32,000 nt of DNA from Pseudomonadota bacterium (GCA_023423895.1 JAFAER010000267.1:1-32000); one strand, 5' to 3'; positions 1 through 8,266 are shown, counted from the stretch's first letter. Numbers and translations are program-made. The notes: generated by a model not told the origin, from the letters alone.

Positions 1-1250
1 AGGCGCGCATCTCGGCGCAGCTCTCGCACTCGAACTGCGTTCAGGTCTTCGACATCGGCGTCGGCGACAGCGCGTACTTCATCGTCATGGAGTACGTCGA
101 CGGCGCGAACCTGAAGTCGATCGCCGAATCCCTGAAAAAGCAGGGCAAGGACTTCCCGGTCGCCGCCGCCGCCTTCATCGCCCAGGAGATCTGCAAGGGC
201 CTCAGCTACGCGCACGAGCTGACGGACCCGAACGGGATCCCGCTCAACATCGTCCACCGCGACATGTCTCCGCCGAACGTCCTCGTGACGAAGTACGGCG
301 AGGTGAAGATCGTGGACTTCGGCCTCGCGAAGGCGAGCTCGCAGCTCGAGAAGAGCGAGCCCGGGATCATCAAGGGCAAGTTCTCCTATCTGTCGCCCGA
401 GGCCGCCATGGGCCAGGAAGTCGACAGCAAGACGGACATCTTCGCGGTTGGCATCATCCTCTGGGAGCTGCTCGCTGGTCAGCGCCTGTTCCTCGGGGAG
501 ACCGACTTCCAGACGGTGAAGAAGGTCCAGCAGGCGCAGGTGCCGCCGATCTCCCAGGTGAACCGCAAGGTCCCGCCGGAGCTCGAGCGCATCGTCAACA
601 AGGCGCTCGCGAAGGACATGCTCCACCGGTACTCGACCGCCAGGGAGCTCGGTCAGGACCTCATCCGCTTCCTCTATGCCTACGGGCAGCCGATCGGCAC
701 CTTCGACATCGCGACCATCGTGCAGAGCACGATGCGCGAGAAGCAGCGTGTCCGGCCGCCGCAAGGCTCGATCATCGACAAGTTGATCGAAGAGGCGCTG
801 TTCGAGTTCACGTCCCTCAAGGAGGACGGTGCGCCGTCGGAAGGGGCGATGAAGGTCGGGGCTGCCGCTCCGCTGAACCCCGGTCAGTTCGTCGATCCCA
901 CGAACTGGGCGGAGGAGATCGCCATCCAGGAGAAGCGGCCGGTCCAGACGTTCGAGCAGATGCGCCATTCGCTGCCCGGCGAGGTCTTCGAGCAAGGGAA
1001 CCTCTCTGCCCTCGAAGACGAGCCGATGCCCGGCTCGGCCCCGCAGCCGCAGATTCCGGCGCTTGCGTCATCGGCTCAGCTTGGCGCGCCTCGTTCGAAC
1101 CCGCCGCCGGCAGGCGCCATGCGTTCGGGGGCGCACGCGGTGAAGAGCAGCGGCGGCAGCAGCCACGCTGCCATCGGCCTCGTGCTCTTTCTCGTCGTGG
1201 CCGCAGCGGCCGGCGCGGCCTGGTTCTCGGGGCTGATTCCCCATCAGTAG
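1..1250 (+). CDS. Ser/Thr protein kinase (Hanks type), 5' end outside window, C-terminal membrane anchor
   Basis: Frame 3 is open from the window edge (..YFIVMEYVDG). Catalytic loop HRDMSPPNVLV, DFGLAK and a SPE-type activation segment are present. A Pro/Ala-rich linker precedes a hydrophobic C-terminal helix (AAIGLVLFLVVAAAAGAAWF). Confidence 0.9.
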   Translation, partial: ARISAQLSHSNCVQVFDIGVGDSAYFIVMEYVDGANLKSIAESLKKQGKDFPVAAAAFIAQEICKGLSYAHELTDPNGIPLNIVHRDMSPPNVLVTKYGEVKIVDFGLAKASSQLEKSEPGIIKGKFSYLSPEAAMGQEVDSKTDIFAVGIILWELLAGQRLFLGETDFQTVKKVQQAQVPPISQVNRKVPPELERIVNKALAKDMLHRYSTARELGQDLIRFLYAYGQPIGTFDIATIVQSTMREKQRVRPPQGSIIDKLIEEALFEFTSLKEDGAPSEGAMKVGAAAPLNPGQFVDPTNWAEEIAIQEKRPVQTFEQMRHSLPGEVFEQGNLSALEDEPMPGSAPQPQIPALASSAQLGAPRSNPPPAGAMRSGAHAVKSSGGSSHAAIGLVLFLVVAAAAGAAWFSGLIPHQ

Positions 1251-1260
1251 TTGATCACGG

Positions 1261-2055
1261 GTGCGTGCCGAGCTAGCTCTCGCCCGGATGGGCATCTTCG
1301 CGCGTCGAACGGCGATCGTGGCGCTGGCTGCGAGCGGAGCTTCGTGCGCCTTGTTCGCGTCGCCGAGCGAAGGTCGTAGCGGCCCGTGTCCTTCGGGGAT
1401 GGCGTTCATCACGACCGACGGCACGCCCCCACGTGCGTACTGCATCGACAAGTGGGAGGGCTCGGTCGTCGAGATCCGAGGCAAGAAGGAAGTCGCCCAC
1501 GCGCCGTACGAGCCAGTCACGAACCTCCAGGTGAAGGCGGTCTCGAAGGCGGGCGTCGTCCCGCAGGGCTACATCTCGAAGAACGAAGCCGAGGCCGCCT
1601 GCAAGGCCGCGAAGAAGCGCCTCTGCACCGGGGAAGAATGGCAGTTCGCTTGCCGGGGCAAGAAGCCGACGACCTTCCCGTACGGTGACGAGCGCAAAGC
1701 CGGCTACTGCAACGACTCCGGCCGGGCGCCGCTCGCGACGCTCAACCCCGGCGCCGGCGAGGCGGTGTATTCATCGCACGAAGCGCTCAACGACCCGCGG
1801 ATCAACAGGTCGCCGAACACCGTCGCCAAGACGGGTGAGTTCGCGAAGTGCAAGAACGCCTTCGGCGTCTACGACATGGTCGGCAACCTCCACGAGTGGA
1901 CGGCGGACGTGAACGGCACCCGCGGCGTGTTCCGCGGCGGCTACTACCAGGACACGCACCTCAACGGTGACGGCTGCAAGTACAAGACGGTCGCTCACGA
2001 CGTGAGCTACCACGACTACTCGACCGGGTTCCGCTGCTGCGCCGACGCCCGCTGA
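1261..2055 (+). CDS. formylglycine-generating enzyme (SUMF1/FGE-sulfatase) domain protein, secreted
   Basis: N-terminal signal-like segment. C-terminal motifs GVYDMVGNLHEWTAD, FRGGYY and GFRCC are typical of the FGE-sulfatase fold. Start could be GTG 1261 or ATG 1288. Confidence 0.75.
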   Translation: MRAELALARMGIFARRTAIVALAASGASCALFASPSEGRSGPCPSGMAFITTDGTPPRAYCIDKWEGSVVEIRGKKEVAHAPYEPVTNLQVKAVSKAGVVPQGYISKNEAEAACKAAKKRLCTGEEWQFACRGKKPTTFPYGDERKAGYCNDSGRAPLATLNPGAGEAVYSSHEALNDPRINRSPNTVAKTGEFAKCKNAFGVYDMVGNLHEWTADVNGTRGVFRGGYYQDTHLNGDGCKYKTVAHDVSYHDYSTGFRCCADAR

Positions 2056-2080
2056 ACGGCCACGTCGACGAGGCGTCGGT

Positions 2081-2803
2081 TCACCTGCAGTCGATCGGCC
2101 GGCCGGGCCGGTTCGTCACAGTGCACGCCGTCTTGCAGGTGATCGATTTGGTGAAGACGCCGCCCTGACAGACGAGCTCCGTCTTGCCGTCGACGGAGCA
2201 GACGACCTGTCCCGGGATCCCGCACGGATCGCCGGCGAGGGAGAGCGTCTCGTCGCACGAAGGCGTCTCACCCTTGTTGAAGCACCCGTATTGCCCCCGG
2301 CAGTAGCGATACAGGGCGAACCTGCCGTCGCGGCAGACGAGCATGTGCTTCTGGTCGCCGCCGCACGCGACCGCGCCCTGCGTCTTGCACGGGTCGTCTT
2401 TCTCGGCGACGGAGGTGTCGCACGAGACCGCGCGCCCGAGCATGGAGCACCCAGCCTTGCCGCGGCATTCGAGGTAGGGCTCGAACTTCCCGCCCTTGCA
2501 TACGAGCGCCCGCTTGTTGTCGGTCGAGCATGCGTATTCGTCTTCTTCACCCATGCACGGGTCGCCGACGTTCGCGACGGACGTATCGCAGTTGGCGTGG
2601 TCCTGGTACTTGCCGCAGCCGGTCGGGCCCGCACACGCGATCTCGACGTACGTGTCGCCCCGGCACACGAGCGCGTGCTGCTTGTCGAGACACGTGGACT
2701 CGGCGCCTTTGCAGCTTCCGCCGGCCTTCTTCCCACACGCAGCGGTGAGCGTCGCCGTCCCTAGCGCGAACGCGAAGACGACGACGACCTGCCTGTTCCT
2801 CAT
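2081..2803 (-). CDS. cysteine-rich modular lipoprotein (about four ~50-aa Cys modules)
   Basis: Signal peptide with lipobox (LTAAC). A repeated pattern recurs four times: C..(K/D)....LVC(R/K/Q)(G/D)G.(F/Y)......C.G..GC........CD.S.A..GDPC. Confidence 0.7.
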   Translation of the reverse strand: MRNRQVVVVFAFALGTATLTAACGKKAGGSCKGAESTCLDKQHALVCRGDTYVEIACAGPTGCGKYQDHANCDTSVANVGDPCMGEEDEYACSTDNKRALVCKGGKFEPYLECRGKAGCSMLGRAVSCDTSVAEKDDPCKTQGAVACGGDQKHMLVCRDGRFALYRYCRGQYGCFNKGETPSCDETLSLAGDPCGIPGQVVCSVDGKTELVCQGGVFTKSITCKTACTVTNRPGRPIDCR

Positions 2804-2870
2804 ATCGGTCCTTTGCGCTCTCGCCGTGATGCACGTTCGCCGAGGAGGGCCCGCTGACGTCTCGCGTCGG

Positions 2871-4181
2871 TCAGGCGCTGCCCGGATCCGGACAAGCGTA
2901 GAACGCCCCCAGTACTTTCGTCATCATTGCGGGATCTTTCGTCCCGCCGAGCTCCCGGATCGAGTGCATGCTGAGCATCGGGTTGCCCACGTCCACGGTG
3001 CGGATGCCGAGGAGCGTCGACGCGATCGGGCCGATGGTGCTGCCGCAGGGGAGATCCGTGCGGTGCGCGTAGTGCTGGACGGGCACCTCGGCCTTGGCGC
3101 AGAGGTCGCGGAACAGGACCGCCGTGGGCCCCGAGGTGGCGTACCGCTGCTGGGCGTTGATCTTGATGACCGGCCCGCCGTTCAGCACCGGCTTGTGGCG
3201 TGCCTCGTGGCGCCCTTCGTAGTTGGGGTGGACCGCGTGGGCCATGTCGGCCGAGACGCAGAGCGAGCCCGCGAGCGCGCGATGGTAGTCCTCGCGTGAG
3301 CCTCCGCGACCCGTCACGATGCGCTCCAGGGCGCGCGGCAGCGCACCGGAATGGGCGCCGTAGGCGCTCTCGCTGCCGACCTCTTCGTGGTCGAACAGGG
3401 CGACGAACGGGACGACGTCGCCTGCGCCGGCTTTCGGAGCTGCATCGATGAGCGCGCGAAGCCCGGCGTGGCACATCGCGAGGTTGTCGAGCCGTCCCGA
3501 GAAGATCATCTCCTCGTCGCGACCGCCGAGCGTGGGAGGGACCACGTCGAAGAGCATCAGGTCGCTGCCGAGGATCGCGTCGCGGCCGACCTTCAGCTCG
3601 TCGGCGAGGAGCGCCATCAGATCTTTCGCGCCGTCCGAGGCGAGCCCGAGGATGGGAGCGAGGTGCTCCTGGCGATTCAGCTTGAGCCCGTCGTTGACGT
3701 CCCGATCAAGGTGAATGGCGAGCTGCGCGACGCGGAGCATCGGCCTCGAGAAGCGGACGAGCCGCGTTTCGACTCGCCCGTTCTCGCGCACGAACACGCG
3801 GCCGGCGAGCGAGAGATCGCGGTCGAGCCACGAGTTCAGCAGGACGCCGCCGTAAACCTCGACGCCGAGCTGGGCATAACCCTCTTTCTTGTACTCGGCG
3901 TTGGGCTTGAGCCGGAGGTTCGGGCTGTCGGTGTGCGCCCCGACGATCCGGAAGCCGGAGATGCGCTTGGTGTCCGGGATGACGAACGCGAAGATGCTCG
4001 TCCCGCCGTGGGGGAACATGTACCGGCCGGGCTCGAGGTCCGCCCAGGTATCGGTCTCGGCGATCGACTTGAAACCGGCGGCGGAAAGGCGCTCGGCGGC
4101 GCTCGAGACGGCGTGGAAGGGGGTCGGAGAAGCCCCGAGAAAAGCGAGCAGGTCCTGCAGGATCGGGTCGGTGGTCGTCAC
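2871..4181 (-). CDS. apeB: M18 family aminopeptidase (aspartyl aminopeptidase-like)
   Basis: 436 aa, full length. VGAHTDSPNLRLKP motif, later HEEVGS and SADMAHAVHPNY metal-ligand-type motifs characteristic of peptidase M18. Confidence 0.85.
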   Translation of the reverse strand: MTTTDPILQDLLAFLGASPTPFHAVSSAAERLSAAGFKSIAETDTWADLEPGRYMFPHGGTSIFAFVIPDTKRISGFRIVGAHTDSPNLRLKPNAEYKKEGYAQLGVEVYGGVLLNSWLDRDLSLAGRVFVRENGRVETRLVRFSRPMLRVAQLAIHLDRDVNDGLKLNRQEHLAPILGLASDGAKDLMALLADELKVGRDAILGSDLMLFDVVPPTLGGRDEEMIFSGRLDNLAMCHAGLRALIDAAPKAGAGDVVPFVALFDHEEVGSESAYGAHSGALPRALERIVTGRGGSREDYHRALAGSLCVSADMAHAVHPNYEGRHEARHKPVLNGGPVIKINAQQRYATSGPTAVLFRDLCAKAEVPVQHYAHRTDLPCGSTIGPIASTLLGIRTVDVGNPMLSMHSIRELGGTKDPAMMTKVLGAFYACPDPGSA

Positions 4182-4244
4182 GGTGCCCGGATCCTAGTCG
4201 AGCGAGGGTTGCGTGAGCAGCCGACGAACGCTAGTAACTCATGC

Positions 4245-4430
4245 ATGAGTGACGAGAACGCTCTGGCCAAGGAAATCCCGGCGGACGCGGCGAACCACGC
4301 GTTCGACCTGACGGCGATCGATCGCAACGGACGCGACCCTCTTGTCCCCGCGCCCGCGCCCGCGCGCGCAGCCGCCCACGCGGCGTTCAGCGTGCTCTGG
4401 TGGATCGAAGGCGACGAGACCTCGCGCTGA
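4245..4430 (+). CDS. small hypothetical protein (61 aa)
   Basis: ATG-initiated ORF filling the gap between two minus-strand genes. The third codon position is strongly G/C-biased, as in the real genes here. No recognisable domain. Confidence 0.3.
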   Translation: MSDENALAKEIPADAANHAFDLTAIDRNGRDPLVPAPAPARAAAHAAFSVLWWIEGDETSR

Positions 4431-4466
4431 CGGGCAAGCCGCCGCGCGCGAGCGCGAGGTCTGCGC

Positions 4467-5285
4467 TCACTTCTTCTTCTTCGTCTTGGCCTTGGCCTTC
4501 ACGGTCTTCTTGGGGACCGGCTTCTTCGAGACGGGCTTCTTCGCCGGCGCCTTGGCCGCGGGCTTCTTGGCGGCCGTTTTGGCTGCTGGCTTGGCGGCCG
4601 CTTTCGCCTTCGGCTTCACCTTCGCCGGCACTGGCTTGGCCTTCGCGGGCTCGGCCTTCGCCGGCTTCGCCTTTGCGGGCTCGGCCTTCGCCGGCTCGGC
4701 CTTTGCCGGCTTCGCCTTCGGGGGCTCGGCCTTCGGTGCGGGGGTCGGCTTCGTCAGCGCCTTCTTGCTAGGAGGCGCTGCTTTGACGGCCTTGGCCTTC
4801 TTCGGCGCCTCCTCCTCTTCCTCTTCTTCCTCCTCGACTTCAGGGGGCGGAGGCGGGCGCGGGGGAGGCGGCTTGCGCGGATCGGGCAGGTATTTGCTGA
4901 AGAAGGTCCGCATCGGCCCGAAGTACTTGTCGTTCCAGAGCTCGCGGTACTTCTCGCATTGGCCTTCGGGGATCTCGGTGTGGAGGACGGTCAGGCGGGT
5001 GCTTCCGCCGAGGGCCTCGAAGTGCACCTCCGCCCGCGAGTCCGACTCTTCCCGCGGAAAATCCGTGGTTCGCCAGCTCATGACGATGCGCCTTCCGAGG
5101 TCCAGCGTCACGAGCTTGCCCGTGACGTACCCGTTCAGCGCGGTGAAATTCCCGCCAACCTCGGAGTCGATCTTCGCCGCCCCGCCCGTCATCTCGCTGT
5201 GTTGCTCGGGGTTGAGCCACGCGAGATATAGCGTCGTGGGAGCCGCCGGGATCGTCGTCGAGACGCGGAGGGCCTCCTTCTTCAT
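4467..5285 (-). CDS. SRPBCC/AHSA1 (Aha1-like) domain protein fused to poly-Glu and histone-H1-like Lys/Ala/Pro-rich tail
   Basis: The N-terminal ~135 aa resemble Activator-of-Hsp90-ATPase-homolog/SRPBCC proteins (TTLYLAWLNPEQHSEMTGG.., ..RLTVLHTEIPEG). They are followed by PPPPRPPPPP, E10, then KAEPAKAKPAKA-type repeats ending KAKTKKKK. Confidence 0.8.
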   Translation of the reverse strand: MKKEALRVSTTIPAAPTTLYLAWLNPEQHSEMTGGAAKIDSEVGGNFTALNGYVTGKLVTLDLGRRIVMSWRTTDFPREESDSRAEVHFEALGGSTRLTVLHTEIPEGQCEKYRELWNDKYFGPMRTFFSKYLPDPRKPPPPRPPPPPEVEEEEEEEEEAPKKAKAVKAAPPSKKALTKPTPAPKAEPPKAKPAKAEPAKAEPAKAKPAKAEPAKAKPVPAKVKPKAKAAAKPAAKTAAKKPAAKAPAKKPVSKKPVPKKTVKAKAKTKKKK

Positions 5286-5516
5286 GACGAGCAGCGTAAC
5301 TCGCCCGACGAGAGGGAAGCTAAAATCTCGCGCACACTGCAGCTAATTCTGTGTCCGCTCGTCGGGACTCTCGCGGAGACGAGCCGAAGGCCCTCGAGCG
5401 AGGTATTTCGGGACACCCGAGGGATGGATATCGGGGCCCGCCTTCACCCGAGCGGCGGCCCTACCTCGGAGGGGACATCTTGGCGCCAGCGGCCGAAACA
5501 GGCCTATTTTCAGGCG

Positions 5517-5598
5517 GAAGTCAGGCGACTCGAACACCATACCTTGCGGTACGCACCGGGTAGCGGCCGGGCCCGCGACCATTCGCGGTTTGACTTCC
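5517..5598 (-). tRNA. tRNA-Ser(GCU)-like, class II, non-canonical
   Basis: Minus strand: acceptor GGAAGUC/GACUUCC, anticodon loop CCGCUAC on a 4-bp CCGG stem, variable hairpin UGCG-UAC-CGCA, T-loop UUCGAGU. C33 and short stems lower confidence. Confidence 0.5.
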
Positions 5599-5660
5599 AT
5601 AAGCAGATGTCCGGACGGCTCGTCCGGAGCAGGTCGCTGCGGGGGCCGGAGGGCATCGGT

Positions 5661-5733
5661 ACGGGGCGAGAGGATCGAACTCTCCTGTGCCTGCTCGTGA
5701 GGCAGGTGTCATCACCAGATGAGCGAGCCCCGC
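5661..5733 (-). tRNA. tRNA-Val(CAC)
   Basis: Acceptor GCGGGGC/GCCCCGU, anticodon arm CCUGC-CUCACGA-GCAGG, T arm GAGAG-UUCGAUC-CUCUC. The D arm is atypical (UCAUC-UGGU-GAUGA). Confidence 0.65.
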
Positions 5734-5828
5734 ATGGCTTCGAGACGTGACGGTCGGCGGTCTCTGGGAGTCGTCGCCCGGCTCGTGCCCGGCCTCGTGA
5801 TAGGCGGGGCGTCGGGTCGTCTCGAGGC

Positions 5829-5899
5829 TCCGGAGGAGGGAATTGCACCCCCACCCCAGCGGTTCAAAGCCGCGGATCCTGCTGTTGGAACACTCCGGA
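5829..5899 (-). tRNA. tRNA-Gln(UUG), G55 T-loop variant
   Basis: Acceptor UCCGGAG/CUCCGGA (7 bp), anticodon loop CUUUGAA, T arm GGGGG-UGCAAUU-CCCUC. Confidence 0.6.
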
Positions 5900-5925
5900 A
5901 TGGGTGGCTCAGCGAGTGAGCCGGT

Positions 5926-5993
5926 CGCTGCGGGCAGAGTCGAACTGCCTGGACCGCGCTCATGAGGCGCGCCCTCCTCCGAGGACCGCAGCG
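5926..5993 (-). tRNA. tRNA-Met(CAU) type, short D arm (68 nt)
   Basis: Acceptor CGCUGCG/CGCAGCG, anticodon arm CGCGC-CUCAUGA-GCGCG, T arm GGCAG-UUCGACU-CUGCC. The D arm is reduced to UCC-UCGGA-GGA. Confidence 0.6.
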
Positions 5994-6038
5994 GAGGTCC
6001 GCGCTCGACGTGTGCACGTGCGTGCGTGCTGGGCGAGA

Positions 6039-6108
6039 GCGGTGACCGAGAATCGCACTCGGATCTCGAGCGTGGCGTGCTCGGGTTCTGCTCTTGAACT
6101 ATCACCGC
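6039..6108 (-). tRNA. tRNA-Gly(GCC), G55 T-loop variant
   Basis: Acceptor GCGGUGA/UCACCGC, D arm GUUC-AAGAGCA-GAAC, anticodon arm CGAGC-ACGCCAC-GCUCG (C33), T arm CCGAG-UGCGAUU-CUCGG. Confidence 0.6.
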
Positions 6109-6137
6109 AGGATCGGGCCACGTGGAACCCGCGTCGA

Positions 6138-6210
6138 GCCGCCCGAGGGAATTGCACCCTCCTCGTTCCTCGCTACCAGTGAGGTGCCCCGCTGTCTGGG
6201 CGTGGGCGGC
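6138..6210 (-). tRNA. tRNA-Thr(GGU), G55 T-loop variant
   Basis: Acceptor GCCGCCC/GGGCGGC, D arm GCCC-AGACAGCG-GGGC, anticodon loop CUGGUAG, T arm GAGGG-UGCAAUU-CCCUC. Confidence 0.6.
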
Positions 6211-6223
6211 ACGTGAAATAGTC

Positions 6224-6270
6224 GCTCGTCCTCGAGTCATTGCCTCACGAGGCCCCTCGTGAGGACGAGC
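6224..6270 (-). terminator. composite hairpin in the rsr 3' region (terminator or processing structure)
   Basis: Plus-strand gctcgtcctc (6224-6233) pairs with gaggacgagc (6261-6270), enclosing the inner stem acgagg/cctcgt. On the minus strand it lies ~70 nt after the rsr stop and is followed by GACUAUUUCACGU. Confidence 0.3.
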
Positions 6271-6341
6271 AGGTCGACGGCAACGAGGGACGTGCGGTCG
6301 ACATGACCGCCACGGGCATTTGCCGTAGGTTCGAGAGCCGA

Positions 6342-7955
6342 TCACACGGCGATTGACTCGATCGCCTGGAGAAACGCCGCTCCGTCCGCGTCGTCGCTCG
6401 CGAAGGAGGCGACGAGGTCGAAGACGGCATCGGAGAAACCTCCGACGTTCAACACGTCGGAGCGGGTCTGCACTTGCGTCGTCGCGTACGGTTGGAGGTC
6501 CACGAGAACGAGCTTCGCGCGCGGGTTGCTCGCGCGGAGTCGGTCCCACTCCTCCGCCATCACGGTTCCGCGCGTCGCGCTGCTGCCGGAGTCGGCGGAG
6601 CGCGGCGCCAGCCTGAAGTCAGCCCAGGACTGGTTGTCGGAGACAAAGACGACCACGTCGGGCGCGGTTCCACGAGCGTTGAGCCACCGTAGCGGCGCAG
6701 CGCACGAGGTCCCGCCGCTCGGGAGCGACGACAGCAACTCGGCATTGGTGACGACCGAGTCGAGTGCGTTCAGCGGACGCGGAAGCTGCACGACGTCGTC
6801 CGAGAAGGGCAGCACCGTCGCGTGCTCGTTCTTGCGAAGGAGCGCGGCGGTCGCCAGCGCGGCGACGTCGATGCAGCGGACCTTCGAGGTGGCCGTCCCT
6901 CGATGGCCTGTGACGGGCGAGTGCATCGACCCGGAGACGTCGGGACAGAGCGCAACGGAGCCCGGGATCGCGGGCACGTTGCCGACGGCGTGCTCGACGG
7001 CGCGAGCCAGCGCGCTGACGATTACCGGCGGCATGCTCTGCTCGACGGCGCGATACGTTGCGAGCAGCTGATACGGGAGCGTGCGCGAGCGCCTCACGGC
7101 GTCGGCGTCCGAGAGCTGCTCGGCGACGAGCTCGACGATCGCGGGGTCGGTGAAGACGCCGTGACGGTAGAGCGTGTTCAGATTTTGGCGGAGCTGGTTG
7201 AACGTCATCTTCTTCGCCAGCTCGGTCCAGTGCGCCGCGCGCAGAGGGAGAGCGGTAAGCATCTCGAACGGCACGTCGGGCAGCGGCTTCCGATCGTTCT
7301 TCTTCCAGGCCTCGAAGGCCTGGGTGAGCGGCGGCAGCTTCGAGCAGTCCACGTTCTTTCCGATGAGGTAGCCGTAGAGGGCCTCACGGACGGCATCGGC
7401 TTCGCCCTTCCCCCCGACGGCGTTCCGCGGGGGAGGACGAACCATCTTGATGACGTCCGACATGGACGGGCTCTGACCGATGGACTGGCGGAAGATGGTC
7501 TCGGGGCTCCTTGCTGCGAACCATTCGCGGAGAGCCCGTTTGGGCGCCGACCCGAACGACTTGCGGCCGGTGACTCCAGAACGGACGATCGCGACGAACG
7601 CACGCAACATCCGCGCATCGTCGATGACGCGCGGGAACACGCGGAGCATGAGCGAGACGTCGTGGGCGGCGAGCCAGGCGACGAGGAACGCGGGGACGTC
7701 CTTCATCCTGCCGTGCTCACGACAGTAGACAGCCGTCTTCGCGACGAGCTCGGGGCGGACGGCGCTCGCGAGCTCCGCGACCTTGTCGAGCTGCTGCTGA
7801 CCGGTCGCGTAGAACGTGCGATGGAACGTCCCGGTCACCGCATACTGCGCGAGCGCATGCTCGGGCGAGAGCGCGTATGCCGGACCTCCGGCCTCGTTGC
7901 GAGCATCGGCCACGGGCGCTTTGCGTGCGTGACCAAAAAGATGTGTGTTCGGCAT
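6342..7955 (-). CDS. rsr: Ro60 ortholog: TROVE domain plus vWA domain with MIDAS motif
   Basis: 537 aa. The N-terminal region is typical of TROVE/Ro60 (NEAGGPAYALSPEHALAQYAVTGTFHRTFYA). The C-terminal vWA has a DVSGSM MIDAS-like motif. AAGGAG Shine-Dalgarno sits 6 nt upstream of the ATG. Confidence 0.85.
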   Translation of the reverse strand: MPNTHLFGHARKAPVADARNEAGGPAYALSPEHALAQYAVTGTFHRTFYATGQQQLDKVAELASAVRPELVAKTAVYCREHGRMKDVPAFLVAWLAAHDVSLMLRVFPRVIDDARMLRAFVAIVRSGVTGRKSFGSAPKRALREWFAARSPETIFRQSIGQSPSMSDVIKMVRPPPRNAVGGKGEADAVREALYGYLIGKNVDCSKLPPLTQAFEAWKKNDRKPLPDVPFEMLTALPLRAAHWTELAKKMTFNQLRQNLNTLYRHGVFTDPAIVELVAEQLSDADAVRRSRTLPYQLLATYRAVEQSMPPVIVSALARAVEHAVGNVPAIPGSVALCPDVSGSMHSPVTGHRGTATSKVRCIDVAALATAALLRKNEHATVLPFSDDVVQLPRPLNALDSVVTNAELLSSLPSGGTSCAAPLRWLNARGTAPDVVVFVSDNQSWADFRLAPRSADSGSSATRGTVMAEEWDRLRASNPRAKLVLVDLQPYATTQVQTRSDVLNVGGFSDAVFDLVASFASDDADGAAFLQAIESIAV

Positions 7956-8050
7956 GACGACTCCTTTCCGAGCGAGGGCGTGTTCGGCCGTGCGCGTGCT
8001 CGAGCGCGCGACCGTGTGATTCCGGTCGATGAATGAACGAGAGACGAGGC

Positions 8051-8123
8051 GTTCCCGACGGGATTCGAACCCGTGTTCCTGGATTGAGAGCCCAGAGTCC
8101 TTGGCCGCCTAGACGACGGGAAC
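8051..8123 (-). tRNA. tRNA-Glu(CUC)
   Basis: Acceptor GUUCCCG/CGGGAAC, D arm GUC-UAGGCGGCCAAG-GAC, anticodon arm CUGGG-CUCUCAA-UCCAG, T arm ACGGG-UUCGAAU-CCCGU. Confidence 0.85.
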
Positions 8124-8135
8124 AGTGGAGATGAA

Positions 8136-8262
8136 GGTCGTCCGAGTGACTCGAGCATCGGTGTTGACTTGGGAATCGAACCCAAACCGTCAGCCTGGAA
8201 AGCTGATGTCCTGACCATTTGGACGAGTCGAGTGCGTGTGAGCTCGGGTCGAGCGGACGACC
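8136..8262 (-). ncRNA. stem-clamped tRNA-like RNA (unit 0), Y-RNA-like candidate
   Basis: A perfect 9-bp closing helix GGUCGUCCG (8262-8254) / CGGACGACC (8144-8136). Next comes a 3x3 internal loop (CUC vs ACU), then helix 2 GACCCGAGC/GCUCGAGUC (8 of 9 bp) and an ACACGCA linker. The stem encloses D, anticodon (UCC) and T arms but no proper acceptor stem. Confidence 0.55.
8162..8233 (-). tRNA. tRNA-Gly(UCC)-like core of unit 0 (acceptor stem degenerate)
   Basis: D arm GUCC-AAAUGGUCA-GGAC, anticodon arm UCAGC-UUUCCAG-GCUGA, T arm UUGGG-UUCGAUU-CCCAA. Only 3-4 of 7 acceptor positions can pair. Confidence 0.4.
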
Positions 8263-8266
8263 TGGA

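Noticed and set aside
5411-5455. Two cacccgag motifs left of the array resembling the closing-strand motif of the Y-like units
   Set aside because: The following bases differ (agg/agc instead of agt). No complementary cgggtg partner or helix-2 partner was found nearby.
6822-8036. 404-aa plus-strand ORF antisense to rsr. Similar mirror ORFs lie at 3351-4430, 4342-5346, 21913-23517, 24256-25326, 27014-28021, 27915-28979 and 29342-30802
   Set aside because: Each lies opposite or out of frame to a gene with clear family motifs (M18 peptidase, comM, recA, SDR, sigma-54 activator). Their composition is Arg/Asp/Glu/Pro-rich, typical of antisense frames in high-GC DNA.
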